A stretch of 64,000 nucleotides of DNA, from the IMG/VR virus record IMGVR_UViG_3300020578_000011; one strand, 5' to 3'. Under the pieces are notes generated by a model. That model worked only from the letters and a program-made list of their open reading frames with translations, ran no database searches and was not told the DNA's origin. The DNA is from a virus. Below, one piece after another: positions 20,301-31,711 of this stretch (positions are counted from its first letter, which is position 1; every line of letters begins with the position of its first letter). A program made the translations under genes and the position numbers.

Positions 20301-22583
20301 GCAATTAACGATGATGAGAGTTTTGCGACAACCGTTGCAAATAGTATAGCATCTGTTCAATCGGGGTTAGATGCAGAAGAAGCTAGAGCACTAGCAGCTG
20401 AAGCAGCAGAAGCATCTGCACGTCAAGCAGCAGATACTACTTTGCAAAATGATATAAATGATGAAGTATCTGCTCGCCAAGCAGCAGATTCAGCAGAAGC
20501 ATCTGCTCGCCAAGCAGCAGATACTACTTTGCAAAATGATATAAATGATGAAGTATCTGCTCGTCAAGCGGCAGATACTACTTTGCAAAATGATATAGAT
20601 GCAGAAGTATCTGCTCGTCAAGCGGCAGATACTACTTTGCAAAACAATATCAACAACAAACAAGACACTGTTACAGGTGCTGCAACTTCAGTTGTTTCTT
20701 CTGATTTGACAGCTTCTAGAGCAATGGTTTCAGATGCATCTGGTAAAATAGCTGCTTCTTCAGTAACTTCTACTGAACTTGGGCATTTATCTGGTGTTAC
20801 TTCTGGAATACAGTCACAGTTAAATGGTAAACAAGCTACTATTACGGGTGCTGCAACTTCAGTTGTTTCTTCTGATTTGACAGCTTCTAGAGCAATGGTT
20901 TCAGATGCATCTGGTAAAATAGCTGCTTCTTCAGTAACTTCTACTGAACTTGGGCATTTATCTGGTGTAACTTCTGGAATACAGTCACAGTTTAGTTCAG
21001 TAAACACATCACTAGGTGGTAAACAAGCTACTATTACGGGTGCTGCAACTTCAGTTGTTTCTTCTGATTTGACAGCTTCTAGAGCAATGGTTTCAGATGC
21101 GCTTGGTAAAATAGCTGCTTCTTCAGTAACTTCTACTGAACTTAGTTATGTTTCTGGTGTAACTTCTGGAATACAGTCACAGTTAAATGGTAAAGAACCA
21201 GCAATTACTGGTGCTGCAACCTCGATTGTTTCTAGTGACTTGTTAGCTTCTAGAGTGGTTGTTTCAAGTGCCTCTGGCAAGATAACTACTGCTACCTGTA
21301 CAGCTACTGAACTTAACTATGTTTCTGGTGTTACTTCTGGAATACAGTCGCAGTTTGGTTCAGTAAACACATCACTAGGTGGTAAACAAGCTACTATTAC
21401 GGGTGCTGCAACTTCAGTTACAAATAGCGATTTAGTAGCCTCTAGAGCAGTGGTTTCAGATGCATCTGGTAAAATAGCTGCTTCTTCAGTAACTTCTACT
21501 GAACTTGGCTATGTTTCTGGTGTAACTTCTGGAATACAATCACAGTTAAATGGTAAACAAGCTACTATTACGGGTGCTGCAACTTCAGTTGCTTCTAGTG
21601 ACCTATCTGCATCTTTAGCGCTTGTTTCAAATGCATCTGGTAAAATAGCTGTTTCTTCAGTAACTTCTACTGAACTTGGCTATGTTTCTGGTGTAACTTC
21701 TGGAATACAATCACAGTTAAATGGTAAACAAGCTACTATTACGGGTGCTGCAACTTCAGTTGCTTCTAGTGACCTATCTGCATCTTTAGCGCTTGTTTCA
21801 AATGCATCTGGTAAAATAGCTGTTTCTTCAGTAACTTCTACTGAACTTGGCTATGTTTCTGGTGTAACTTCTGGAATACAATCACAGTTAAATGGTAAAC
21901 AAGCTACTATTACGGGTGCTGCAACTTCAGTTGCTTCTAGTGACCTATCTGCATCTTTAGCGCTTGTTTCAAATGCATCTGGTAAAATAGCTGTTTCTTC
22001 AGTAACTTCTACTGAACTTGGCTATGTTTCTGGTGTAACTTCTGGAATACAATCACAGTTAAATGGTAAACAAGCTACTATTACGGGTGCTGCAACTTCA
22101 GTTGCTTCTTCTAATTTGACAGCTTCTAGAGCAATGGTTTCAGATTCATCTGGTAAAATAGCTGCTTCTTCAGTAACTTCTACTGAACTTGGGCATTTAT
22201 CTGGTGTAACTTCGGCTATTCAAACTCAATTAGATGCAAAAGCTAGCAAAGATGCAAATGGATCACTGCAGGCAACTGGTTTTATATATGGAGCAAACTC
22301 TATAAATGTTAAAACCGGAGCATATACACTAACTTCTGCTGATAATGGAAAAACAATTGTTGTTAATAGTGCATCTGCAGTAAATATTACAGTTCCTTCT
22401 GGTCTTCCTGCATTTTTCAACTGTATGGTTATTCAAGTAGGAGCAGGTCAAGTTACTATGGTTGCAAGCAGTACAACATTAAATTCAGCAAATGGTCTTA
22501 AGACATCTGCTCAATTTGCAGCGTTGTCATTACTTGCATATGATACTAATATTTTCTGTGTATCTGGCTCTACTTCTGTTTAA
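17397..22583 (+). CDS. Long mosaic fibre: collagen G-X-Y, coiled-coil repeats, 57-aa repeats, C-terminal adaptor domain
   Basis: 1728 aa; GPQ triplets; [18 protein letters not shown] repeats; [16 protein letters not shown] motif; [18 protein letters not shown]; C-terminal YTLT..D.GK...QVGAGQVT. Confidence 0.85.
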   Translation: MSQPILNAKITLNSVAPVGVGNISWNVSFSVLDLEGVFSGLDVAVNDILLLDTSGDTLGTVTQYKITNISSKTFAQVSCTVSLDDDNVSAPDLNAALGLDGAVIRQTANKRLNIVPAPGVQGLPDKFAIYPLNSNSKSKIDVLVGAQGEAGPQGPQGEMGPQGPQGPQGPQGEIGLQGPAGVNGSNGQDGAQGEMGPQGPQGPQGEIGLQGPAGVNGSNGQDGAQGEMGPQGPQGPQGEIGLQGPAGVNGSNGQDGAQGEMGPQGPQGVQGEMGPQGPQGVQGAQGLKGDKGDQGEIGPQGPAGVDGLPGATGAVGEIGPQGPQGEMGPQGPQGEMGPQGPQGSQGPVGSAGDRYHTTSVSEFTIQASGQFSVMTDDLGLDYSIAQTVILAYDLNNHQHAKVVSYNKITGELVLERTDSSGSGTYSSWSINLDGAVGIEGPQGPMGPQGLQGVPGIQGPQGIQGAQGAAGSNAVITGAASSVVDSDLDSLKVVVSDISGKIDSSLVSVDELNHLSGVVSPLQAQLNAEASARQAADSALQSDIDAEEARALAAEAAEASARQAADSALQSDIDAEEARALAAEAAEASARQAADSALQSDIDAEEIRALAAEAAEASARQAADSAEASARQAAVSALQSDINDEASARQAADSAEASARQAADSALQSDIDAEEARALAAEAAEASARQAADSALQSDIDAEEARALAAEAALQSDIDAEEIRALAAEAAEASARQAADSALQSDIDAEEARALAAEAAEASARQAADSAEASARQAADSALQSDIDAEEARALAAEAAEASARQAADAAEASARQAADSAEASARQAADSALQSDIDAEEIRALAAEAALQSDIDAEILARQAAISQEVLDRNAAIQTAVTESIIPRTDVTYDLGSPTKRFKDLYLSGNSIILGDTIISSDAGALDLSAGAKVGGVLIASTDFVNGAITNLVGGAPELLNTLNELAAAINDDESFATTVANSIASVQSGLDAEEARALAAEAAEASARQAADTTLQNDINDEVSARQAADSAEASARQAADTTLQNDINDEVSARQAADTTLQNDIDAEVSARQAADTTLQNNINNKQDTVTGAATSVVSSDLTASRAMVSDASGKIAASSVTSTELGHLSGVTSGIQSQLNGKQATITGAATSVVSSDLTASRAMVSDASGKIAASSVTSTELGHLSGVTSGIQSQFSSVNTSLGGKQATITGAATSVVSSDLTASRAMVSDALGKIAASSVTSTELSYVSGVTSGIQSQLNGKEPAITGAATSIVSSDLLASRVVVSSASGKITTATCTATELNYVSGVTSGIQSQFGSVNTSLGGKQATITGAATSVTNSDLVASRAVVSDASGKIAASSVTSTELGYVSGVTSGIQSQLNGKQATITGAATSVASSDLSASLALVSNASGKIAVSSVTSTELGYVSGVTSGIQSQLNGKQATITGAATSVASSDLSASLALVSNASGKIAVSSVTSTELGYVSGVTSGIQSQLNGKQATITGAATSVASSDLSASLALVSNASGKIAVSSVTSTELGYVSGVTSGIQSQLNGKQATITGAATSVASSNLTASRAMVSDSSGKIAASSVTSTELGHLSGVTSAIQTQLDAKASKDANGSLQATGFIYGANSINVKTGAYTLTSADNGKTIVVNSASAVNITVPSGLPAFFNCMVIQVGAGQVTMVASSTTLNSANGLKTSAQFAALSLLAYDTNIFCVSGSTSV
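17889..18185 (+). repeat. Three near-identical 99-bp collagen-coding repeats
   Basis: CTGCAAGGTCCTGCCGGAGTAAATGG recurs at about 17922, 18021 and 18120. Confidence 0.9.
18976..19975 (+). repeat. Degenerate tandem coiled-coil-coding repeats
   Basis: GAAGCATCTGCTCGCCAAGCAGCAGATTCAGCTCTCCAATCTGA units repeated many times. Confidence 0.9.
20658..22230 (+). repeat. Nine ~171-bp (57-aa) tandem repeats
   Basis: [11 protein letters not shown]...[27 protein letters not shown]; three copies at about 21551-22063 look identical. Confidence 0.9.
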
Positions 22584-22619
22584 TTTTAATTTAATAACTA
22601 TTAACGAGGAGAACATAGT

Positions 22620-25600
22620 ATGTTCACCGTACCAAGTATGCGCGGTTTTTCTAGCAAACCTGGCTTTATTTTACAGACAATACCAAATATCTCATTTAAT
22701 GGAACAGTAAACGATGCAGTTGAAAGTGCTGATTCTATTTATATAGGCGGTAATTTCACAGCTGCTTCTAATAATGTAACAAAAGCAGCTGTTGTGTTTG
22801 ATAAGTCAACAGCTACTTCTTTATATAGTACAAAATTCAACTCAAGTGTTATTACTTTTACTGTCGATACTAGTTTTACATATTATGTAGGTTATTTTAC
22901 AGAATATAATGGGACAACAGTTAATAAAATAGTTAGAATTAGCAACACAACTGGAGTTATTGATACTAGTTTTAATTATTTCCCAGCATCTAACTCCTGG
23001 GGGGCCTCAAATTTCGACACCCCTCAATGTGTAGCAATAGATGGAGACAATTTGTATATTGGTGGCTCTTTCTCCTCTTTTAAAAGCAATCCTAGTAATA
23101 AATATTTAATAAAAATGAGTAAATCAACCGGGGTTGTTGATAATAGTTTTTTACCAAATCTTAATGGTTCTGTTTCTAAAATTGTTGTAGATGGTACTGA
23201 TTTATATATTTCAGGTAATTTTACGACTGTAAATGGAACAACTAGACAATATTTAGCTAAAATAGACAAAGCAACTGGAGCTCTGAATACGACATTTGAC
23301 ACAAGTAACGCTGGTGGATCTGAACCATATAGTTTTTCAGTAGATTCTACAAGTATATACATATGGGGTGGTTTTACTAGTTATAAAGGTCTAACTAGAC
23401 AAAATTTAGTAAAAATAGATAAAAATACCGCCGCTGTAGATACTGCATTCGATACTTCTAGTGGTTTTGGTTCTATCGTTCGTGCTGTTGCAATTGATGG
23501 AAATGATATGTATGTTGGTGGTAATTTTACTAACTATAAAGGAAATACTAGATATTATTTTGCTAAAATTAATAAAGATACAGCTGCAGAAGTAGATGCA
23601 TCTGGTACCGGATGGAGTACTACTAATTATATTTTTGGTAATACTGTTTGGGATATAGTTGTAGATGGCACCAGTTTATATGTAGGTGGTGATTTTACCC
23701 ATTATAAAGGACGCAATAACGTAGGAAGAATAATAAAAATAGATAAAATAACTGGAAATGAAATCGATGCTGCCGGAACAAATTGGTCAGCACCCACCCT
23801 ATCAGATTCATACATATCACAAATATTTATTCAATCTAGTAGAATTTTTGCAATAGGTGCAAGTATAACTATTGCAGGTGGATTTCCTGTAAATAGATTA
23901 GTTAAAGTAAATAAGTCAACAAATTTAATAGACACTGCATTTAATTCTAATTTAGGAAGTGGGTTTAATGGAGAGGTTTTTTGTTTATGCTTAGATTCCA
24001 GTGATTTATATGTTGGTGGTTCTTTTGATTCTTATAAAGGAAACACTAGACAACGTATTGTTAAAATAGATAAAACAACAGCAGCAGAAGTAGATGCAAA
24101 TGGTACTGGTTTTGCAATAACCACTGGTTTTACAGGAAATGGAACTGTAAATACTTTTCTTATTGACGGAACTAGTTTATATGTAGGTGGTGATTTTAGT
24201 GGCTATAAAGGAGCATCTAATAATATGTCTTCTTTAGTAAGATTAGACAAGACTTCTGGAAATCCTATTGCTGGCTTTTCTACCCATAACGTTGTTAGAA
24301 AATTTGTAAATGAACTTAGCTATGGAAATGGTCAAGTTTTAACACTCGCATTAGATGGAAATAATCTTTACGTAGGTGGTAGATTTGTTACATTTAACAA
24401 CAAATGTAGATATAATATATTAAAATTAGATAAAACGACTGGCAATGAAGTCGACGCAAACGGGTCGGGTTTTAGTAAACCAAATGCTGGCTTTGACGGT
24501 TATATTAATAAAATTGTATTAAATGGAAATGATTTGTATATAGGTGGAGCATTTAAAGGACAAAAATTAAATTCACTATGTTCAGGTACTAGTTTAATTT
24601 CTAAAACAACTGGTGGAATAAATTCTTCGATAACAGTTGGATATGACGCAACAATGGGTCGAAGTGTCAGATGCGCCGTAGTAAGCGGAGATTATGCATA
24701 TCTAGGCGGTGAATTTATCAGTTGGAATGGTGAAGATGCTTATGGTATTGTAAAAATATACATACCAACTGGAGAAAGAGTTGCTGCTTTTGATACGACA
24801 ACTGGAGTTGATATATTACCAGGAAGTACTGGTAACAGTGGATCTGTAGAGTGTATTGTTTTAGATGGTAGTAATTTATATATAGGTGGAACCTTTACCT
24901 CCTATAAGGGAACATCTGCACGAGCTATTGCAAAAATCGACGCAACAACAGGCGCATTGATTACTGCTTTTGATACGACAACAGGTTTTCTCAATCAAAA
25001 TTCCTGGAACCCCACGGAAACTAATCCTGGTATTGTTTCTACGCTTGCTTTATCTGCAGATGGTTTGAGTTTATATGTGGGAGGTTCCTTTGGTCTTTAC
25101 AAAGGCACAACTAGACAAAATTTAGCTAAAATAAGTACAACAAATGCTGCATTAGATACGACATTTAACACAGCCGTAGGCACCAATAATCAAGTTTTAA
25201 CACTTGCTCTTGATAATACACTCAACGTCCTATATGCAGGTGGATGGTTTAGTACATATAAAGGCAACAATAGAAATCATATAATTAAAATAAACACATC
25301 TACAGCGGCAGAAATAGACAACAATGGCTCTGGTCTTAGTGTTGCTAATATTTTTAACGGCAGTGTAAATAAAATAAAAATAGATGCAAGTAGCAATGTA
25401 TATTGCGCAGGTTCGTTTTTAATGTTCAACAACACAACAACAAGACAACGTCTTGCAAAATTTAGCGCAGGAACAAACTCTGTAACATTAGATTCTACGT
25501 TCGATACATCTAGTGGATTTAATAATGTTGCTGAAGATTTTTTTATAGATGGAAATGACCTATATGTTTGTGGTGGATTTTCTAATTATAAAGGAATTGA

Positions 25601-27494
25601 TAGATATAATATTGTTAAAATAAATAAAGACACAGCTGTTGAAGTTTCAACTAATAATCCATTTGTAAATAAATACGATGCAACGGATTATGGTCCAAAT
25701 AATTATAATTCTACTAGAATTAGAACAATAGTGAATTCACCTTATGGTATAATAATTGGTCCTGAAAATAGTTTTCCACTTATTTCTTACAAATACAAAG
25801 GAAATAGATCTACTGATTCTGCTTGCTTGGCTAAAATAAACAAAACAACAGCTATATCTTCTGCCATTTCTAATTCTTCTTTAGAAAAAGGTATTGGTTT
25901 TGACCTGGCCTCTCATAGAGTAACAATGTTTAGCTGGCGTCCAAATGGTGTAGGCACTGAAGTTCGTGCTATAAAAGATTTAACAATAGATGGCAATAAC
26001 ATTTTTGCAAGCGGAAACTTTTCAGTATTTTTTAATTTTAAAAATGGATCTGCAAGCAGTATTAGTGTTTTAGATAAAACAAATGGCTCTATTACAAATG
26101 TTGTTTTAAGTAAAATGATTTTTGATCAACAACCAAGTTGTTGCGTTGTTGATGGTGATTATTTATATCTTGCTGGTAAATTTCAATCTTATAAAAACAG
26201 TATTTTTTCTCATAATATAATAAAAATACATATTCCAACTTCAGAAATTGATTTGTCTTTTTCAACACTCAGAGGATTTTTACAACAAAAAGGTAAAAGT
26301 CAAATGCAATCAAGTCCAGACAGCAGTGGAACAATAAATAAAATGATAATAAATGGAGACAATCTATATGTATGTGGTAGTTTTAATTATTATCAAGGAG
26401 AAACTAGACAAAATATATTAAAACTTAATAAAATAACTGGAAATGAAGCAGATCCCATGAATACTGGTTTTAGTACTACTAGTGGCTTTAATGGTTCAGT
26501 GAATGATATGGAAATTGACGCGTCTGGAGATTTGTATGCAGTTGGTTCCTTTACCTCCTATAAAGGAACAACAAGACAATATGTTGCTAAAATAAATGGT
26601 CAAACTGCTGCTTTAGACACGACTTTTGATACAGCAAGTGGATTTAATAGTACATTAAATTGTATAACTTTAGACAGCACTAGTTTATATGTGGGAGGTT
26701 CCTTTGGTCTTTACAAAGGCACAACTAGACAAAATTTAGCTAAAATAAATAAAACAAATGCTGCGTTAGATACGACATTTAACACAGCTACTGCGGTTAA
26801 TAGTCAAACAAATTGTATAACTTTAGATGGAAATAATTTATATATTGGTGGTTATTTTACTAGCTATAAAGGACAAAGTAGAGGTTATATAGTTAAAATA
26901 GATAAAACAACCGCAGCAGAAGTAGATGCATCTGGTACTGGCTTTAGTACAAATAGTGGGTTTAATACTACAGTTATGTCTATTTTATCAGATGGACTTG
27001 GGTCGTTGTATGTAAATGGTCAATTTAATAGTTATAAAGGAACAACGAGGCCGCATCTTGCAAAAATAAATACTTCAGATGCGACATTGGATACGGGTTT
27101 TAATGCATCTATTCCACACTCGGGTTCTGTTGTATTTCCTGGTAGAATGCTTTTATTATCAAACGATATTATTTGTCCATTTTTACCAACCTCTCAAGCC
27201 TCAAATCGTTATAATGTTGCGAGAGTATTTAAATTTTCATTAGAAAATTATGATATTAGTTTTAATACTAAAATGGGTCTTGGTCAAACAGGTTTTACTT
27301 CAAATCAATATTGGGCAAATAAAATATTAAAAATACCTGAGCAAGTAGCCGGACAAGGTGCTAGATATTACGTATTTGGTTCGTTTTTGTCATATGAAAC
27401 TACTTATCCAGCAAATGGTTTTTCTAGTGATGGAAAAACAATTGCTAGAGCTGTTGTTTTTAATGACAGTGGAAAAAATATTTTTCAACTTTAA
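22620..27494 (+). CDS. Large beta-propeller (delta-60-like repeat) adhesin / receptor-binding protein
   Basis: Many LYVGG.F.SYKG.TRQ.I.KI.KT....DT.F....GF...V repeats. Confidence 0.8.
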   Translation: MFTVPSMRGFSSKPGFILQTIPNISFNGTVNDAVESADSIYIGGNFTAASNNVTKAAVVFDKSTATSLYSTKFNSSVITFTVDTSFTYYVGYFTEYNGTTVNKIVRISNTTGVIDTSFNYFPASNSWGASNFDTPQCVAIDGDNLYIGGSFSSFKSNPSNKYLIKMSKSTGVVDNSFLPNLNGSVSKIVVDGTDLYISGNFTTVNGTTRQYLAKIDKATGALNTTFDTSNAGGSEPYSFSVDSTSIYIWGGFTSYKGLTRQNLVKIDKNTAAVDTAFDTSSGFGSIVRAVAIDGNDMYVGGNFTNYKGNTRYYFAKINKDTAAEVDASGTGWSTTNYIFGNTVWDIVVDGTSLYVGGDFTHYKGRNNVGRIIKIDKITGNEIDAAGTNWSAPTLSDSYISQIFIQSSRIFAIGASITIAGGFPVNRLVKVNKSTNLIDTAFNSNLGSGFNGEVFCLCLDSSDLYVGGSFDSYKGNTRQRIVKIDKTTAAEVDANGTGFAITTGFTGNGTVNTFLIDGTSLYVGGDFSGYKGASNNMSSLVRLDKTSGNPIAGFSTHNVVRKFVNELSYGNGQVLTLALDGNNLYVGGRFVTFNNKCRYNILKLDKTTGNEVDANGSGFSKPNAGFDGYINKIVLNGNDLYIGGAFKGQKLNSLCSGTSLISKTTGGINSSITVGYDATMGRSVRCAVVSGDYAYLGGEFISWNGEDAYGIVKIYIPTGERVAAFDTTTGVDILPGSTGNSGSVECIVLDGSNLYIGGTFTSYKGTSARAIAKIDATTGALITAFDTTTGFLNQNSWNPTETNPGIVSTLALSADGLSLYVGGSFGLYKGTTRQNLAKISTTNAALDTTFNTAVGTNNQVLTLALDNTLNVLYAGGWFSTYKGNNRNHIIKINTSTAAEIDNNGSGLSVANIFNGSVNKIKIDASSNVYCAGSFLMFNNTTTRQRLAKFSAGTNSVTLDSTFDTSSGFNNVAEDFFIDGNDLYVCGGFSNYKGIDRYNIVKINKDTAVEVSTNNPFVNKYDATDYGPNNYNSTRIRTIVNSPYGIIIGPENSFPLISYKYKGNRSTDSACLAKINKTTAISSAISNSSLEKGIGFDLASHRVTMFSWRPNGVGTEVRAIKDLTIDGNNIFASGNFSVFFNFKNGSASSISVLDKTNGSITNVVLSKMIFDQQPSCCVVDGDYLYLAGKFQSYKNSIFSHNIIKIHIPTSEIDLSFSTLRGFLQQKGKSQMQSSPDSSGTINKMIINGDNLYVCGSFNYYQGETRQNILKLNKITGNEADPMNTGFSTTSGFNGSVNDMEIDASGDLYAVGSFTSYKGTTRQYVAKINGQTAALDTTFDTASGFNSTLNCITLDSTSLYVGGSFGLYKGTTRQNLAKINKTNAALDTTFNTATAVNSQTNCITLDGNNLYIGGYFTSYKGQSRGYIVKIDKTTAAEVDASGTGFSTNSGFNTTVMSILSDGLGSLYVNGQFNSYKGTTRPHLAKINTSDATLDTGFNASIPHSGSVVFPGRMLLLSNDIICPFLPTSQASNRYNVARVFKFSLENYDISFNTKMGLGQTGFTSNQYWANKILKIPEQVAGQGARYYVFGSFLSYETTYPANGFSSDGKTIARAVVFNDSGKNIFQL

Positions 27495-27554
27495 TTTATT
27501 AAAATTAAAAAATATTTTTGCTATTTAAAATAAATCAAGTAGGATGGAATAAAA

Positions 27555-29990
27555 ATGTTTTCTGTTTCCTCATTAAGAGGATTGCATAGTAAAAGTAGCA
27601 CTAATTCAATTATTAGTGTTCCAGGTTTTTACACTGATGGAATAGTGTATTCACAAATAAACTCTGGAGATTATTTATACATAGGTGGTGAATTTTCAAA
27701 AGTTGGTTCTTTATCTGATCTAAAGGTAAGTAGAGCTGCTTTTATAAACACATCTAATGCGAATCTACATTCGACATTGAATTTATCTTTATTCGATGGA
27801 GATGTTAATTGTTCAGTTATAAGTGGTAACTTTATATATGTTGGTGGAAAATTTACAGCTTATAATGGAACAAGGTCTTATAATTTAGCAAAAATATCAT
27901 TATTAACTGGTCAAATAGATACAACCTTTAACACTGGTTACGGATTTAACACTGGCTATCAAGAGCCAGCAAAAATCGGAGAGGTTCTTGCAATAGAAAT
28001 AGACGGTACAGATCTCTATGTGTGTGGTGATTTTTCTTATTACAATGGAACAAACAGTGCATCAAAACTTGCTAAATTAAATGCAAATACTGGAGTTTTT
28101 GATTCTACGTTTAATACAGTTAATGCTTTTGCCTATGGCCATCCCTATCACCTTGCTGTTGATTCTAGTGGCTTGTATGTTTCTGGTTCTTTTACTTCTT
28201 ACAAGGGGACAACTAGACAATATTTAGTTAAATTAAATAAAACAAATGCTACTTTAGATACTAATTTTGATAATTTAACTGGATTTAATAGTAATGTAAG
28301 TTCTATTGTAATCGACAGTACTCATTTATATGTGGGTGGAAGTTTCACTTCTTATAAAGGAACAACGAGACAACGTGTAGCCAAAATAGACAAAACAACA
28401 GGGGCGTTGGATACTGGTTTCGATACTGCAAATGGATTTGATTCCTCTGTTAATTCATTATTATTAGATGGAAACAATCTATATGTTGGTGGTAGTTTTA
28501 CTACTTATAAAGGAAACACTAGACAACGTATTGTTAAAATAGATAAAACAACAGCAGCAGAAGTAGATGCATCTGGTACTGGCTTTAGTACAACTAGTGG
28601 ATTTGATTCGGGTGTTACTAGTATTAAGTTGGATGCATCTGGGTTTTTGTATGCAGGTGGTTTTTTTACTTCTTATAAAGGAAACACTAGACAACTTATT
28701 GCAAAAATAGATAAAACAACCGCAATATTAGATGTTTCTTTTGATAGTTCTAACGGTTTTTCTGGAACATCGACAAACTACGGCGTGAGTGCCGCAAGTG
28801 TAAGAACAATATCTATAGCATCTGGAGTTTTGTTTGCTGGAGGTTATAATTGTCTTGATTATCGATCTGTTAACAATGCTTTTAGCAGACGGGGTTTGGC
28901 AAAGATACATATCCCAACTGGAACAGTTGATACTATTTTTAATACCAGTAGTGGAATTTCTTCATATGGTGTGATTTTTTCGATGATATTAGACGGCAAC
29001 AATCTATATGCAGGTGGTGAATTTACTACTTATAAAGGAAACACTAGACAACGAATTGTTAAAATAGATAAAACAACAGCAGCAGAAGTGGATCCAAATG
29101 GTACTGGTTTTAGTACTACTAGTGGATTTCCTAGTGGAAAAATTAATTCATTATTATTAGACGGCAATAATCTATATGTTGGTGGTAATTTTGGTTCTTA
29201 TAAAGGAAACACTAGACAACGTATTGTTAAAATAGATAAAACAACAGCAGCAGAAGTAGATGCAAATGGTACTGGTTTTAGTACTACTAGTGGATTTGAT
29301 AATACAGTTTATTCAATGGCATTATATGGAAACAATCTATATGTTGGTGGAAGTTTCACTTCCTACAAAGGAAACACTAGACAACGAATTGTTAAAATAG
29401 ATAAAACAACAGCAGCAGAAGTGGATCCAAATGGTACTGGTTTTAGCACAACTAGTGGGTTTAATAATTGGGTAGAGTCAATAGTTCCAGATGGTTTAGG
29501 AGAATTGTATGTAGGAGGCATGTTTTCCTCTTATAAAGGAACAACGAGATTATGTATAGCTAAAATAAATGCAACAACAGCTTCTCTTACGACTGCATTT
29601 AATGGTTCAGCTTCCTGGTTACCAGGTGGTTTTTATGCAGAAGTTAAATGCATATTATACACAAATGGACAATTATTTATAGGTGGCTTTTTCAATAATT
29701 ATAATTCAACTTTTAGGGTTAAAATAGCTAAAATAAATCCAACAACAGGTGATCTTGATACTCTTTTTGTGCCAGATCAGTTACTTGAAAGCGGAACAAG
29801 ATGGTATCCAGGATTGCATGGAAATGCAACAACATATCAAACACCAGGCTATCAATCTACAGATGCTGTATTTTCACTTGTAGACATAGGCGGGAGTAGG
29901 ATAGTAGTCTCAGGAAGACATAACTCATATAGAGGATTGATTCAACCTGGAATAAGTATATTAAAAACTACAACAGCAGACCCTGTCTAA
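27555..29990 (+). CDS. Second beta-propeller (delta-60-like repeat) adhesin, paralogue of the upstream gene
   Basis: Same repeat; near-identical DNA blocks shared with 22620..27494. Confidence 0.8.
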   Translation: MFSVSSLRGLHSKSSTNSIISVPGFYTDGIVYSQINSGDYLYIGGEFSKVGSLSDLKVSRAAFINTSNANLHSTLNLSLFDGDVNCSVISGNFIYVGGKFTAYNGTRSYNLAKISLLTGQIDTTFNTGYGFNTGYQEPAKIGEVLAIEIDGTDLYVCGDFSYYNGTNSASKLAKLNANTGVFDSTFNTVNAFAYGHPYHLAVDSSGLYVSGSFTSYKGTTRQYLVKLNKTNATLDTNFDNLTGFNSNVSSIVIDSTHLYVGGSFTSYKGTTRQRVAKIDKTTGALDTGFDTANGFDSSVNSLLLDGNNLYVGGSFTTYKGNTRQRIVKIDKTTAAEVDASGTGFSTTSGFDSGVTSIKLDASGFLYAGGFFTSYKGNTRQLIAKIDKTTAILDVSFDSSNGFSGTSTNYGVSAASVRTISIASGVLFAGGYNCLDYRSVNNAFSRRGLAKIHIPTGTVDTIFNTSSGISSYGVIFSMILDGNNLYAGGEFTTYKGNTRQRIVKIDKTTAAEVDPNGTGFSTTSGFPSGKINSLLLDGNNLYVGGNFGSYKGNTRQRIVKIDKTTAAEVDANGTGFSTTSGFDNTVYSMALYGNNLYVGGSFTSYKGNTRQRIVKIDKTTAAEVDPNGTGFSTTSGFNNWVESIVPDGLGELYVGGMFSSYKGTTRLCIAKINATTASLTTAFNGSASWLPGGFYAEVKCILYTNGQLFIGGFFNNYNSTFRVKIAKINPTTGDLDTLFVPDQLLESGTRWYPGLHGNATTYQTPGYQSTDAVFSLVDIGGSRIVVSGRHNSYRGLIQPGISILKTTTADPV

Positions 29991-30163
29991 TTGTTAGACA
30001 AAGAATTTAATTCTGTTATACCGCCAACTATTTTAGTTAATTCTATATTAATTTCTTCAATTCTCTTAGATAGAGAATCTCTTTCTTCAACTAAAAGTTG
30101 TATTTTTTCTTTTAATTCTTCTATTCTATTTTGAATTTTTTCATATAACATATCTTCATTCAT
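29987..30163 (-). CDS. Small coiled-coil protein
   Basis: MNEDMLYEKIQNRIEELKEKIQ... Confidence 0.5.
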   Translation of the reverse strand: MNEDMLYEKIQNRIEELKEKIQLLVEERDSLSKRIEEINIELTKIVGGITELNSLSNN

Positions 30164-30320
30164 TAGCAAAAACCTTCTCCATTGCAAGTTGGACAATAGC
30201 CATGATACCAAACGTAATTGCCATCTAAGTTTTTATTTAGAGTTTGAATTGCTTCCCAACCAGATCCACTGCAACTTTTACATTTATATATTGATGCTTT
30301 ATTTATTATCTTTAATATCT
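30163..30320 (-). CDS. Small DnaJ-type zinc-finger protein (start uncertain)
   Basis: CKSCSGSG...CPTCNGEG. Confidence 0.45.
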
Positions 30321-30817
30321 TCAGTAGATAAATAAGCTTTCGCAAGATTGAAAAACCATTCCGGCTTTTCTCTTTTTGTCCATTTTGGTTTGATTTTATC
30401 TTTAGACCATTTGATGAGAAAGCCAAATCTGTAAGCTTCGATGACATTTTCAATGTCCTTTCTCAAAGAACAATTGGGAAAAGGGGTAAGATCTCCCTTT
30501 TCAACTAGATGTCTTTGATTATACAAAGAATCAAATGTCACTGTATAAGTTTTATGAATTTTTCCGTATCGATGTGTGTACTCATTGCTCATTGCAAGTA
30601 ATAGTTCAAGATGCCATTCGTAATTAGAATTAGTATCACCGGTCCAGATAGTGCAAGGATGCTTTTTCCACGCCACTCGATACGGAGCAATTCCACCATG
30701 TCTATCGATTGCAGTTGACAACATTTGAGCAGATTCGATTATCATCTTGTTTAATCTTTTGTCATCTAGATGCTGTGCACATTCTATAGGATCATCGGAC
30801 GTAAAGAAGATATTCAT
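30299..30817 (-). CDS. Pyrimidine-dimer DNA glycosylase-like (endonuclease V-related) protein
   Basis: MNIF....P..CA...DDK...KM..E.AQMLST...HPCT.W...NY.W......EY..RYGK.H...W..R..P.W. Confidence 0.8.
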   Translation of the reverse strand: MNIFFTSDDPIECAQHLDDKRLNKMIIESAQMLSTAIDRHGGIAPYRVAWKKHPCTIWTGDTNSNYEWHLELLLAMSNEYTHRYGKIHKTYTVTFDSLYNQRHLVEKGDLTPFPNCSLRKDIENVIEAYRFGFLIKWSKDKIKPKWTKREKPEWFFNLAKAYLSTEDIKDNK

Positions 30818-30834
30818 CGAATCTGCCCCGTGTT

Positions 30835-31146
30835 TTATTCAGTTACCTTACGAACACTTGTAACTAGAAAAGAAACAGGTGAACCAACAGATGGTGAGCG
30901 AAAACCACTCGGCCATTCTGATGCCGTAAGAGTACTAAGAGCACGACGATTTACACGAAACAAAACCGTGCTGCTTTTTCCAGAATATTTACTCTTAATA
31001 GTTACACGATACTGTTGTCCATATTTAAGCTTAGAACGATCAAGACCAAGTTGACCTGGCGTTGTTCCAACCGTGCTACCTCCTGCTTCGTTAAGATGAA
31101 AAGTACCAAGATTTCCACTGCTTAGATTGCTAGATACGTTACCCAT
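30835..31146 (-). CDS. Hypothetical protein
   Basis: Strong SD GAGGAG; high-expression codon usage. Confidence 0.6.
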   Translation of the reverse strand: MGNVSSNLSSGNLGTFHLNEAGGSTVGTTPGQLGLDRSKLKYGQQYRVTIKSKYSGKSSTVLFRVNRRALSTLTASEWPSGFRSPSVGSPVSFLVTSVRKVTE

Positions 31147-31246
31147 ATATATATCTCCTCTTGTTTGGGTTTTTTAAATCTCTAAGATATTTTTACCTCA
31201 AAAATATTAACACTAGCTAATTAAATCATTAAATCCTCCCATTAAA

Positions 31247-31711
31247 TTATCTAACTTTATAAATTAGTTCTATATAACCTTCTTCTGTTAAAGAAGATTC
31301 TATTTTTAAATCTGCCATTGTCATTATTTCATTAAAGTCTTTATATATATCTTTTGCTATTATTTTTCTAACTCCACATTGCCAAAGCATCCTCATACAC
31401 CTGCAACAGGGTGTCATTGTACAAACAACAAAAGTATTTTCCATTGATATCCCATGTTGAGCTGCGTTGCATATTAAATTTTCTTCTGAATGAATCATGT
31501 ATTTATATTTATCAGGTCTCGTTGACGGCAGTATGCTATCGTTTGTACCTCTAACAAAACCATTACATCCGGTTGCAATAATTGCACCAGAAGATTCTTT
31601 TACCAAGACAGAGCCAACCTTTGTTTCCATATCATGACTTCTCAATGAAGCCACTTGTGCAAAATTCATGTAAAAAGAATTTTTAGACAATCGAGAAATC
31701 ATCAAGTCCAA
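31247..31711 (-). CDS. dCMP deaminase
   Basis: A.RS.D..TKVG...TG.NG...HSEEN...PCCRC. Confidence 0.9.
   Translation of the reverse strand: MDLMISRLSKNSFYMNFAQVASLRSHDMETKVGSVLVKESSGAIIATGCNGFVRGTNDSILPSTRPDKYKYMIHSEENLICNAAQHGISMENTFVVCTMTPCCRCMRMLWQCGVRKIIAKDIYKDFNEIMTMADLKIESSLTEEGYIELIYKVR

Noticed and set aside
8724-22230. CRISPR array
   Set aside because: All repeats are in-frame coding repeats without unique spacers; no cas genes
14872-29990. Diversity-generating retroelement suggested by Mtd_N domains and repeats
   Set aside because: No reverse transcriptase, no C-type-lectin-like tip, and no TR/VR pair with adenine-specific mismatches seen
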